Shown here one piece after another: positions 41,095-53,028 of a stretch of DNA of 64,000 nucleotides (its first letter is position 1; every line of letters begins with the position of its first letter). Position numbers and translations under genes: made by a program. The stretch covers positions 2,090,387 to 2,154,386 of the forward strand of contig JBNZDD010013660.1 in NCBI GenBank assembly GCA_050575255.1. The letters are read 5' to 3'. The notes under the pieces are model-generated. The model ran no database searches. It saw only the letters and a program-made list of their open reading frames with translations, and had not been told where the DNA came from. The stretch is from Harriotta raleighana (taxonomy: Eukaryota).

Positions 41095-41783
41095 TACATT
41101 GATATGGCATCTTTCACATCACAGCTAGCTGGGTTGGGGGAGGGGTGTGGACAGGTAAAAGAAAAGGATGTGATGGGGGGAGGGAAGAAAAGAACATCAA
41201 ACATGAGTGGTGAGTTTTAAGTCAGGCTTTAACAGTGGATCATGAGGGGTGAGTTGGAGAGAGAAGGGCAGAATGATTGAAAAATCATCCATTAATGGTG
41301 GAGTTGGTAGTGTGGGGGATTTATGAAGCACGCAGTAAAGCAGGTCAGTGTTCACTGAGCAGAGTGCGTGATCAGGTCAAGAGGACTGCAGGAGATTGTA
41401 GCAGTAGGGTGGATGAGACTGTGGAAGGATTCGAACATGAGAATAAACATCTTAAATTCAATCGTTGGAAATAGGGAGCCACGTCAGGATGGGATTGATG
41501 GGTTTGTGGATCCTCATGCGACTGAGTATAAAGGCTGCAGAATTCCTTACATTTTGCACAAAGTCAAGAGTCAGCTGGCTACACTCTGATCTAATAAACT
41601 AACTGGTAAATGGAATTGCACACTAGGACACATGTTCAGAAGTTCACTCTACTTAGACATTGAGATATACTAAGTATATTTATGCTTTGGTTGGCACAAT
41701 TACGGTGAATTTTGGCATAATGCCTGAAGTATAACTGAGACGTGGCATTTCTACTACAAATCCAATTAGCAAATCTTCTAGGC

Positions 41784-42109
41784 CAGTGATTCCCAACCTT
41801 TTTTTCACTGCGACCCAAATTAGCTTCCAACTGGTCCTCCCACCACTAGGAGGTGACATTGTGACTGAATCTCACCTCAGCCAAAACTTTATCTTGGTCT
41901 GTTTTGTGGATTCAGTGCAACTTGTAAGTACGCTCTTTATATAAATTGGTCGGCGGTATGGCTTTTATTGGCATTAAAAGCTTTTTTTTAGTGTTAAAAA
42001 AGCATTTTCAACATAATAAAAAGGAAAAAAAATCTGATAACCCTTTGCAACCCTATTGAGGATCCCCGCGACCCTGATTTGGGTCAGGACCCGAGGTTGG
42101 GAACCACTG
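41784..42109. mobile_element. hAT-Charlie-like MITE
   Basis: TIR CAGTG(A/G)TTCCCAACCT; imperfect 8-bp TSD TTCTAGGC/CTCTAGGT fitting the nTCTAGAn target preference. Confidence 0.85.
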
Positions 42110-43287
42110 CTCTAGGTTATGAACAAATCATAGAAATTAATGGACAGGTGGAGGCTATTTGGCCTATCAAGTCGAAATTGGTATTAGTTTATACTCTGGC
42201 ACTAACTACCAAATCCCTATTCTTTCCCCATAACCTCTATTTTCATTTAAAACCAAATCACATTTGCTTAGAACATTTGTTTAGTATCAAATCAACCTTT
42301 ATTGGAGTTTATTTAGCAACTAAGCTTTACAAGACATTACCTCGCAAAAACAATACTATATAAATGCAAGTTTTTGCTGTTGGCTGATGACATTTTCTGT
42401 GCCCAAATAGACAGCAAGATCCACAGAGCACTGAGCACAAGAGATTCAATGTGAAAAAAAACCTGGAATATCAGACTTTCGTTCACGAAAAGCTTTTATG
42501 TGTACCTCATTGTAACCGATTATACTATTGTATATTGGGGTTTGACTATCATGATTGCTATTATCACTTAATACCATCACCATTTGAGAGCTGCACACAA
42601 GATAAATTAGAAGATGAACACAATCGTAGAGTATGGTTGGAATCTCAGATGTGCTTCATGAAACCTTTGTTACTGCTGCTATTACTGCTGCAGGAGCTTT
42701 GTCACTTGGGGTCGATAACAACGAAGCCACCAAGTCCAAAATAAATTAAGCCTTCACTCCTGAGCTCTGACAAAAGATAGACTGGGGCACGTAGATTCCC
42801 CAAAGTACGCTGAGTGTTTCTGTTACCATGCATTCCCCACAGAGCAACCTGTTACATCACATTCAACAGGAATACTTTTTGGTTCAATTTTTCTTCCCTC
42901 TCTTGGGCCTCTGAATTCACTAATGGAATCCGACTGGTTATCAGTACTCTGGCAGACGTTTCTGAAATAAATTTACCTTGTGCAGGGGGTGTTCTGATGG
43001 GAATTTCCTATTATATGTTGACGACGTTAATAACCAGTGAAAGATGGCACTCTCTATTTCTAACATCATATTAGTATTCAGCTCCTGAGAGTGGGGAATG
43101 CAAAATATTAGTTGTGTGTTCATCTGAAGGTGAGAACTTGTATTTTGATGGTGCTTTATGATATCAAAACACTTCACAGTCACCAATTGCTTTCATTTGA
43201 CTTTGTTAGGTTAACACAGACATTTTGAGCACACCAAATACTCAAAGATCAGAAATGAGCGAAGCAATCAATTAAACTGGAGGATTG

Positions 43288-43387
43288 AAACAAAAGCAGA
43301 AATCGCTGGGAACACTCAGCAGATCAGGTAGTATCTATGGAGAAAGGAAAAGTGAGTCAACACTTTGGGTCCACACACTTTCATCAG
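43288..43387 (-). mobile_element. Short Penelope-associated repeat with a decayed hammerhead motif
   Basis: Minus strand CTGATGAAAG..CTCCATAGATACTACCTGATCTGCTGAGTGTTCCCAGCGATTTCTGCTTTTG, flanked by a 13-bp direct repeat AACTGGAG(G/A)ATTG. Confidence 0.55.
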
Positions 43388-43652
43388 AACTGGAGAATTG
43401 TTGGCCAGGATATTGGGAGAAACCTGTATTATTATAAGAGGATTTTTTTAATGTCCAGCTGAATATTTGTAAATACCACCTTGGTTTAATACCTCAGCTA
43501 TTTTTCTGATTTCTGAAAATCAAAAAGACTGATCATGTGTTAGGAACTGAACATATTTATTGAATGGGAATCAAAAGACTTTCATGAAGTACACCACTTA
43601 ACTTCACACCTAATGAACAAAGTGATGTGCTTCAACTAACAGTACTGTAATA

Positions 43653-44957
43653 CAGGCAGTCCTCTAGTTACGACGTTTCGAGGTACGACAATTCGAAGTT
43701 ACGACACTTAAAATCAGTAAAATTACGTCCGAGTTACATCCAAAGTCTCGAAGTTACGACACTACTATGTAAATACTTTAGTTGCCCCACGCGCGATAGA
43801 AAACTGGAGTCGCCGCTCTCAACACTTACGGGACCACGATACGGGTTCAGGACAGGAACAGGATGGAGGCGAGACGCGAGTGTGTACTGTACAGGTACTG
43901 TGTGAGTCTGTGAGCTCGGCNNNNNNNNNNNNNNNNNNNNNNNNNNNNNNNNNNNNNNNNNNNNNNNNNNNNNNNNNNNNNNNNNNNNNNNNNNNNNNNN
44001 NNNNNNNNNNNNNNNNNNNNNNNNNNNNNNNNNNNNNNNNNNNNNNNNNNNNNNNNNNNNNNNNNNNNNNNNNNNNNNNNNNNNNNNNNNNNNNNNNNNN
44101 NNNNNNNNNNNNNNNNNNNNNNNNNNNNNNNNNNNNNNNNNNNNNNNNNNNNNNNNNNNNNNNNNNNNNNNNNNNNNNNNNNNNNNNNNNNNNNNNNNNN
44201 NNNNNNNNNNNNNNNNNNNNNNNNNNNNNNNNNNNNNNNNNNNNNNNNNNNNNNNNNNNNNNNNNNNNNNNNNNNNNNNNNNNNNNNNNNNNNNNNNNNN
44301 NNNNNNNNNNNNNNNNNNNNNNNNNNNNNNNNNNNNNNNNNNNNNNNNNNNNNNNNNNNNNNNNNNNNNNNNNNNNNNNNNNNNNNNNNNNNNNNNNNNN
44401 NNNNNNNNNNNNNNNNNNNNNNNNNNNNNNNNNNNNNNNNNNNNNNNNNNNNNNNNNNNNNNNNNNNNNNNNNNNNNNNNNNNNNNNNNNNNNNNNNNNN
44501 NNNNNNNNNNNNNNNNNNNNNNNNNNNNNNNNNNNNNNNNNNNNNNNNNNNNNNNNNNNNNNNNNNNNNNNNNNNNNNNNNNNNNNNNNNNNNNNNNNNN
44601 NNNNNNNNNNNNNNNNNNNNNNNNNNNNNNNNNNNNNNNNNNNNNNNNNNNNNNNNNNNNNNNNNNNNNNNNNNNNNNNNNNNNNNNNNNNNNNNNNNNN
44701 NNNNNNNNNNNNNNNNNNNNNNNNNNNNNNNNNNNNNNNNNNNNNNNNNNNNNNNNNNNACATAGTAATATTTTATTTTATTTACAGTACTGTACATATT
44801 AGGAGGGGTGCAGGGGAGAGAGGGCAGCTCACTATACACTACAACCAATCACTGTATGTTACTGTAAGCATTATAGGGGGGTGACTCGACTTACATACAA
44901 ATTCGACTTACACCACATCTTAGGAACCTAACCCTGACGTAACTTGAGGACTGCCTG
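43653..44957. mobile_element. MITE family B, inverted copy spanning the N gap
   Basis: Both flanks of the gap are near-identical reverse complements of 19209-19827; TA TSD. Confidence 0.9.
43921..44759. other. Assembly gap (839 N)
   Basis: Run of N. Confidence 1.
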
Positions 44958-47554
44958 TACTCACTATAGTACTGGTCTTTTGAATGCTCTGTTCGTCAGA
45001 CTCCCCAACTTGTGTCGTCTCCCACACTCAGTTACCCGAGCCTATCATCCTCACATAGTCAGTTCCACTGGTTCCCCACCCTTGAATTTGCCCACAAAAT
45101 ATATAGTCAATTCACTTTACAGGATATTCAGTGAAACACTTTGAAAAGTCTCAAAGACACAATAAAACACTATATCAAATTCAATGATTATATTATATAT
45201 TCAAATCCCTTCATGGTGTAACATCTTAGACCTAGAGTGCCATGGCCATTCCCTTCACTGGGCTAATATTAGCCTGCTTCATGAACCCCCACTTGTCCCA
45301 CCTAACCATCAGATGGCGAGCATTCAATTATTCTATCCCTGTTCTCTGGAACTCAGATTTTTGAAGGGATTATTATCCATAGAAAAGCAATTGCAAATTG
45401 ACTAACAACAGTAAACAGAGCCATGTGGGGTAAGGAAATTTGCTCAACCTTTTGCCCTGCCCAGGAATCAAACCCAGATCCTCTTGCTTGCGAGCTGAGT
45501 GGTCTAACCGTTGATTTACAGGAATCTAACCATCTCCTACTCCAAACATTTTTCCTAATCCTTTTGGTACTCCAATATATTGGTGACTAGTATTTGTTGG
45601 TTTCCACTAACTAAATATGACGTCCTCCTGACGTGAAAGCCGCTCTATAAATCTAATCTTGTTGTTATGTTTATACTAAGTGCGAGGAAAGATTATGCTA
45701 TGCACAGAATATTGCCTGATCTGTGAAATCAAAACCACATTAGTGACAGAACTTTATTGAACTATTTTTAGGTTTGGTGTTTTTGTTTACTATTTGTGCA
45801 CTTTCCCTCTTCCATTCATAGATAAATGTTCAACATAATGAATGATAAGAAGGAAGGTGGTATGATCTGTAGTGTATTTAATGCCAGTTGAGTTATTTTA
45901 CTATACTTACACAGTCATAATCATAGATGCCAAACGGATGGCTGATGATTCACAAATAAGTGGGTTTGGAAGGTTAACTTACCATTATGTTAGTGAGGAA
46001 CTTTCAGTTCAGGGTAATTACATTTGGTATGGTACTAAGCATATAATAATGCCCACAACTCTTCAGAAGATAGTATTGATCTTACCTTTGAGTCATCAGG
46101 GCTATTTTAAGAACTGATAATTCTCACATGCTACTAGAAGGCAGAACATAATTTCAGTGACTTAAACTGCAGCTTGCTACTTTGCAGAAGGTGCACAGAA
46201 TGAAGATACAATACTATTGTTGTAGTGAATTCGCCTCATTTGATCCACACTGCAAAAATAGATTGGTAGGTGTTGATTGAAAATGACTTTCAATTGCTTT
46301 TGCTTTGGAAGTTGATACAATCACTGTTTTCTGTCTTCAGCACAGAGTGATATCTAGCCATAGACTTTCAGATAACAGAAGTTGTTTGTATGATAGCTGG
46401 CTTCATGTGGAAATTCACATGACAGAGGAAGCAACCATTTGTGCTTGCTAATGAATTGCTGCTACATAAATCATGCAGTGAAACATTCCTGCTGTATTAT
46501 GAAGAGCTTTTTAGAAGATGCATCTTCTGAAGATTCAAGAATATATCTTGTTCTTAAATTCTTGATGAGATGAACCACAGTGTGACTCTTCATACAGTCA
46601 GAAATGTTTCCATCACAACTGTCTGTACGTAACTGAATACTGTTTAAATGTTAAGCATTATAAAGCCAACTCTTACAAACTGAAATAGTAGCGAGTTGTG
46701 TGATAGAATGGGACAGAAACAAGGTGGAGAGTGAGTGAGAGAACCCACTCACTGAGAGTTCCCTCCCACTCAATATTCAATTCATCATACACCCATTATA
46801 TTCAAATCCCTTCATTCACTTTGATCCTCTATTTAATTGATCATATTTCATTCAACATTCATTAAATTCTATCAGACTGAATGGTCTCAGTGCCTTCATT
46901 CTCCTCTCAATGCATCATTGAACCTTGATCTCATCCCTACTCTTTGGTGAAGCAATGCTCGTTTCTTTCAATTCTTCATACGTTATTAATGACTCACTAA
47001 AAGCAGCTAACCATCTTATCTGGTGGCTGTGCATTCAGCTATAACACTCTCAATCTTTGGAACTCCTTGCCATAATTCCTCCATATTGCCCTCCTCTTAC
47101 CCATCTGCAAATCAACCTGAAGCTGTACCTTCCCCTCCTTTCTATGCTGCTGTTAGGTTCTCTGCAAAGTAAAAGGCACTATACAAATATAAGCTGTTAT
47201 TATATAACAGTACTTGCATTTGATATAGCATCTTATAACGTTGTTGAGATGTACTCAAGCGCTTCACCAGTTGTAATTAAAGTGATGTGGCTGGGTATAT
47301 TTTGTGGATGGGTGCAAATAGCCATGCATTAAGATTTACCATGGGGAAATATGTTAATGCCCATTTCATGGAAGTGCTGCAGTTTCAGTGTGTCCACTAG
47401 GTAGAGTCCTGCCCATCCTTGTGAAAAGTTTGGATTCAGTCGCTATGTTTTACACTTGTCAGAATAGAATGTATTGAATAAATCCCTAATTCGTGAATCA
47501 TGTCTGTCTGCTTCAGGAATCAGTTCAAATAAGGCATATTTATATTCCATGATA

Positions 47555-47893
47555 CATTAAAACCTTGTTTATCTGTGACCCGATCAACCGGATTGCTCGA
47601 CTGCCTCCTGGGGCAATTCCCCATTCCAGGATTTGTGAATTTGCTCACTTTGCGCATGCGTGCAATGCGCACTTATTAAACTTACGAACTTGGGTTTTTT
47701 ACCGATCGGTAAAAAATGCTGTTTTACCAATCTTTTTACTGACTGTGCTGGAATGCTTTATTGGTAAATATCCATACAATATTCTGTTACTATTTAGTCT
47801 ATTATTAAAATGGTATGTTTTAAAATAAATACATTTTTTATGTTGGGTTTTTGGCAACTTGTCCTCCGTTGCCGGATAAATGAGGTTTTACTG
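47555..47893. mobile_element. Tc1/mariner MITE, subfamily A'
   Basis: TA TSD and TIRs; colinear with 24974-25379. Confidence 0.85.
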
Positions 47894-48801
47894 TAGTTTA
47901 CCATTTTCATTACTTTAACAAGGGACCAGTTGTGGACTGTAAAGCCAATTCGAAATGTGATATATTTAAAGCCATCAACTATGCACAAACCTAATAACCT
48001 ACAATATTTCTAATCTTTTCAACCGCAGCAGCCTTTTTAGAATAATCTCATGTATCACTAGGAAAGCTTCAGTGGACAAGTTAATCTATCATTGGATTTA
48101 ACTCACTGCTTAGGTCTGACGAGAACCATTACTTTTACCTTTCAGAAATAAACCAGTATCTTTAACACATGTGCAGCAGCCCTTTAAATTCAGCATGTTC
48201 CTGAGAGAAAGATGTTTTCTATTACGTTAGAGCATAACCAAAAATATTTCTCAAATCAGGGAAACACTGAAGCTTGAAATGCCATCTAACCTAATTTTAT
48301 CTTAAAGTTGAGAACCAAGAATCTTAGTGCAGAATTGTCCAAAACTCTTAAATTGAGTTTGAATTTGTACGCTAGTTTTCTACAATTCTTACAAAGACTG
48401 GCTCACAAATTAAGAATGAGTTGAAGGATTCTCGATTGTTCCACAGTAATTTAAGTAAGACAACATGGAGTTTCAAACTGAGATGCAGTGAAATTTGGAG
48501 GCATAGGACTGTAAAGTCAGAACAGAACATCTACTAGGTGCAGCTCATTAAGGAGCAGCATTGTTCACGACACTTGTTCCATGGGAAGAAACAATCACCA
48601 CCAGAGAAGATGGAAAAATTAATTCATACATACTAACTTTGCTACATAAAAATAAGCAAGTGGAGCAAAATTTATAGTCCTGTGTTCTAAAACAAGTACC
48701 TGCACAAATATATTTTTTATATATATACACACACAACATCCATCAACGCTGAATGACATTATATAAATAAAAAATAAATAAAAAATTACATTCAGTTACT
48801 G

Positions 48802-49131
48802 AATAATAATAATAATAATCCTTGCATTTGATATAGCGCTTTTCACATCTTATCAACGTCCCAAAGCGCTTCACAGAATATACTGTAAAGTGAATTGACT
48901 GTATATTTGTGGGCGGAATGCGGCAGCCAATTGCGCACAGCAGTGTCCCACAAACAGTCGTGGATTGAAATGACCAATTTTTATTATTGTAGTTATTTTT
49001 TTGGAGGGATTATTATTAGGCATGTGGAGTAAGGAAACTTGCCCAAGGTTTCGCCCTGATCTGCCTGGATTCGAACACAAGCCTCATGCTTGTAAGGCGA
49101 GTGCTCTAACCACTGAGCCACAGGAGCTCCA
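48802..49131 (-). mobile_element. Full-length young tRNA-derived SINE (partial Deu-domain core, L2-type tail)
   Basis: A box TGGCTCAGTGG, B box GTTCGAATCC, core CTGTTTGTGGGACACTGCTGTGCGCAATTGGCTGCCGC, 3' stem-loop and (ATT)n tail. Near-identical to 39546-39872. Confidence 0.92.
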
Positions 49132-49639
49132 CAATGAATGTCACTCTGCAGAGTTCAGTTTTCTACGTTTCAGTTATTATCAACTTACTTTTACAGTACA
49201 AACCACTTCATTAAAAAAAAATGCTATTTTCACAACTCTCCTCTCCTTCCTAATTTAAGTTACTATTTGTTCACTGACTAAAGCTGGCCTCAGTAAAACA
49301 AATATAAAATCTTGGACAGAGAAAACAGCCAAGAAAGTGTTACCTTCTACAGAGTGTTTTTTTGTGGGCAAACATGTCCACAATGGATTTATTTATGCTG
49401 TTGCCAGAGAGGGTTAAATGTCTTGATCGTTTGTGNAGTTACTATTTGTTCACTGACTAAAGCTGGCCTCAGTAAAACAAATATAAAATCTTGGACAGAG
49501 AAAACAGCCAAGAAAGTGTTACCTTCTACAGAGTGTTTTTTTGTGGGCAAACATGTCCACAATGGATTTATTTATGCTGTTGCCAGAGAGGGTTAAATGT
49601 CTTGATCATTTGTGAAGCTTTTCAAAAACTACCCCGCCC

Positions 49640-50078
49640 GCCCACCTCATATGCCCTACCATCGGCGGGCGGGCCTTCAGTCACTCCGCCTCCACCCTCT
49701 GGAAATCCATCTCTCATTCCCTCTGCCTCGTTCCCTCCCTAGCCTCCTTCCCTCCCTAGCCTCCTTCAAGTCCCACCTCAAGACCTTCCTCTTTGATGGT
49801 CCCACCCATTAACCCCCCTCCCCTCCTTTCCCTCCACCCTCCCCAAACTCGACCCCAACTTGGGATCATGAAAAACTAACTGTCCTTANCCTAGCCTCCT
49901 TCAAGTCCCACCTCAAGACCCTCCTCTTTGATGGTCCCACCCATTAACCCCCTTCCCCTCCTTTCCCTCCACCCTCCCCAATCTCGACCCCAACTCGGGA
50001 TCATGAAAAACTAACTGTCCTTAGGATGTCCTCCCAACGTGAAAGGTGCTAAGCAAATGTAATTTTGTTCTTGTTGTA
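49640..50078 (+). mobile_element. L2 3' fragment (contains an assembly duplication at N 49889)
   Basis: CTCTGGAAATCC..TTCAAGTCCCACCTCAAGACC..GGATGTCCTCCCAACGTGAAAGG tail. Confidence 0.8.
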
Positions 50079-52119
50079 TTAGCGTTAACAATAATTATAA
50101 TAAATAATAATCCTTACATTTAATATGATACCTATTATGTCCCAAATACTTCACAGGATATGCTGTAAAGTGTGGGCATAAGCAGTAACCAATTTGCAGC
50201 AACAATGGCCCACAAGCAGCCATGAAGTGGAGGATTGCTGCACATAATATTGATACTTTTTATTAAGAGTTTTACATTAAAATTACATCACTTCTGAAAG
50301 GTACAGTACTTTGTAAGAAGCAATATTCTCAGCATCTCAAACTTAGCATAAATGACTTCCCCCATATTGAACGTTTAAATAAAATGCTCGGGGCAAGATT
50401 AGATTTTTCTTTTGCTCCAGCACAAAATCTATCAGTGCCATAAAGTGTTTTATTTAATTCAGTTAAAAAAACAAAAATATACATTAGTCTCAGTGCAACA
50501 AACTGCTGTTGTGTCAATTTTGTGAGGGCTGGTTGGCAGGATTCAAGAGAAGCTATTGCATGCAGCCCCACAAGGTATATAGATAAATAAACCGGAAATT
50601 GTTTGAGAAGAATTGCCCTTTGTGTGTTATCGTCACACTTGAGCACTGAATTACTCTGAATCAGCCTCTCTTCAAAATATTTTGATATATTTATTTACAA
50701 CAAAATTAATTCTACACATAGTTACATGAATTGTACAACTGTTGTTTTTTTTTACTGGATTTTATTGCATCTTTGAGCTATAAAGCAGTAAAAAAAACAA
50801 GATGATAGCTCTTGCAGTTATCCATTTCTTGACATTGTAAAACTGCAGAGTAATGCTAGTGGGTAACAAGACAGAGACATAATGGGTAGGTCATAGCTGC
50901 AATTAAACGTAACAATAAAGATTCCTTTTTGCTCAATAACCCTAGGTTGCAGAGTGTACAATGAACCTGCTGACCGTAACTCTGACTATTAACCATTGCC
51001 TTCAAATGACCAATAAAAATTTCAACCGCTGACTATTTTAATGTGCCCACTCACAATTATTCTTTGAACATAAAATGCACAGGATAGTAGTGGTGGATTT
51101 AGTGGCGTCAACAATAATAATAATCCTTGTACAGTATTTGATTTAGTGCCTGATCACATCTCAAAGCGCTGCACAAAATATACTGGAAAGTGGATCAACT
51201 GTGTGGATGAAATGCAGCCTGAGAAATGCAAAACAATTATTTCTCAGGCTCAGTGCTGGATTGAGAAGACTTCATCTTTACGTTGCCATTCCACTCCCAA
51301 AACAACAATATTAGTGTCACAATGCTCTAGTATTGAGTTTAGCACTAAGTGAATGCCTGGGTAAAAATGTCCAGTTAAAATCATACCTCTACCATATATG
51401 GTACATCTCAGTAATAATACCAGACTTCAGTTCACTCTACTTGGGTGCAGTACGCACAGTTGTTAACATCTGGGAAATGTTAAGAGTGACATTCATGATC
51501 AACTGCAGTGACACAAGTTGCAAACTCCTTTCAAAGAGAGGAATTTTATTTAATAAAAAGTAACAAGCATTAAAATAAATTAAATTTACCTCTCATCGCT
51601 TGTAAAAATTGTTATACGTAAATAACAAGTCCGAGCTGATGCTTTAAAGACACATAACAAAATACCTCTGCATACGGATGATAAAATCCTCTATAATGTA
51701 TTCTCTATCCTGCAGCTGCTATCTTTACTAAGGAATATCAGAGTACATAGGACCAGAAAAGACAATTGGGTCCATATGGTGGTTCCAAAGAGTACTGTAT
51801 AAAGAATGTTATACTCTACTATGATCAGTTGGTAGCACTCTTGCCTGCCTCTGTGTTAGAAATTTGTGGAGACATGCCTCCAGTCAGGATTTATTCTGAA
51901 ACAGAACCGGAGAAGCATAGCTTTGGAGGTGCTGTCCTTTGAATGAGACATTAAACTCTGCCTGTTGAAATTGACATTAAAGATAATAATAATCCTTGCA
52001 TTTGGTAAGCTAACTTTCTCCCAAGATCTTGAAACAACGCTGATGTGTATTTCTCTTTGCTTCTCCCTCTTGCGTCCTGGCTGAGGTTCTGTTATGGATT
52101 GTTGAGCCTTTTGCTAGGC

Positions 52120-52810
52120 TGCTACATTCAGATTTATTTGTTGTTGTTGTTTCTTCTGTTGTTTTTGCTTATTAATGTTGATGATGTTTGTTGTTGTTGT
52201 TTGCCCCCCCCTGCCCCCTGACCTTTTGCCCTCCTTTTTCTTCTTCCCTCTCTTCCTTTCCCCCCTTCCCTCCCTTTTCTCCTTGGTTTCCCTCCCTCCA
52301 CCTTTCCCCCCCTCTTCCCCCTTGCCACCATTTCTCCCTCCTTGTCCTCCTTGATTTCCCCCTTGTCCTCCTTTCTCCGTCCTTTTTCCTCCCTGATTTT
52401 GCCCCACCCGCATTTACCTCCGTCTCCCCCCTTGTCCCTTTTTCCCCCTTTCTTCCCTGGCCCCATTTCCGTGTGTGTTTGTGGGACACTGCTGTGCGCA
52501 ATTTGGCTGCCGCGTTTCTCCCCAGATATACACCTGGTTTTCCTTCACTCTTCCTCCTACCCCAACCCCTCCCCTTGCCCTCTTTCCCCCTTTCATCCCT
52601 GGCCCTCTCGCTTCCATGACTGTTTGTGGGACACTGCTGTGCGCAATTTGGCTGCCGCGTTTCGCCCACAAATATACAGTCAGTTTTTTTTTCCTGCTTT
52701 TCTTCCCCCGACCCCTTCCCCCACTTGACTGTACAGCGCCTTGGGACGTCCTCCTGACGTGAAAGGCGCTATATAAATATAATATATAAATAAAATAAAT
52801 TAAATAAAAT
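52120..52810 (+). repeat. Pyrimidine-rich low-complexity tract with a duplicated SINE core and an L2-type tail
   Basis: Very A-poor C/T tract; core TGTTTGTGGGACACTGCTGTGCGCAATTTGGCTGCCGCGTTTC at 52476 and 52621; tail matches the reverse complement of 40590-40730. Confidence 0.75.
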
Positions 52811-53028
52811 AGTGCTTTTCACGTCTTCTAGACGTCTCAAAGCGTTTCACACAATATACTGTAAAGTGAATTGACTGTATGACCAATTTATTATTGTTTT
52901 TTGAGGGATTATTATCAGTCATGTGGAGTAAGGAAACTTGCCAAAGTTTCCGTTCTGACCTGCCTGGTTTCAAACACAGGTCTCACGCTTTTAAGGCAAG
53001 TCTCTAACCACTGAGCTACAGAACTCCA
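52811..53028 (-). mobile_element. tRNA-derived SINE, same family, with internal core deletion
   Basis: Head and tail present; the central Deu segment is missing (gactgtat|gaccaat junction). Confidence 0.8.

Noticed and set aside
43819-44884. ORFs over 300 aa
   Set aside because: They consist almost entirely of X from the N gap.
49060-49131. tRNA-like sequence (also in other SINE heads)
   Set aside because: A and B boxes belong to SINE heads contiguous with SINE bodies; not stand-alone tRNA genes.
49258-49614. 178-nt direct repeat giving twin ORFs MDRENSQES...
   Set aside because: The two copies abut a single N at 49436; assembly artefact.
49756-50023. Duplicated L2 tail segment
   Set aside because: Joined at a single N (49889); assembly artefact.
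52114-52762. Stack of overlapping G/K/E/R-rich and P/F/S-rich ORFs
   Set aside because: A low-complexity purine/pyrimidine tract depleted of stop codons.
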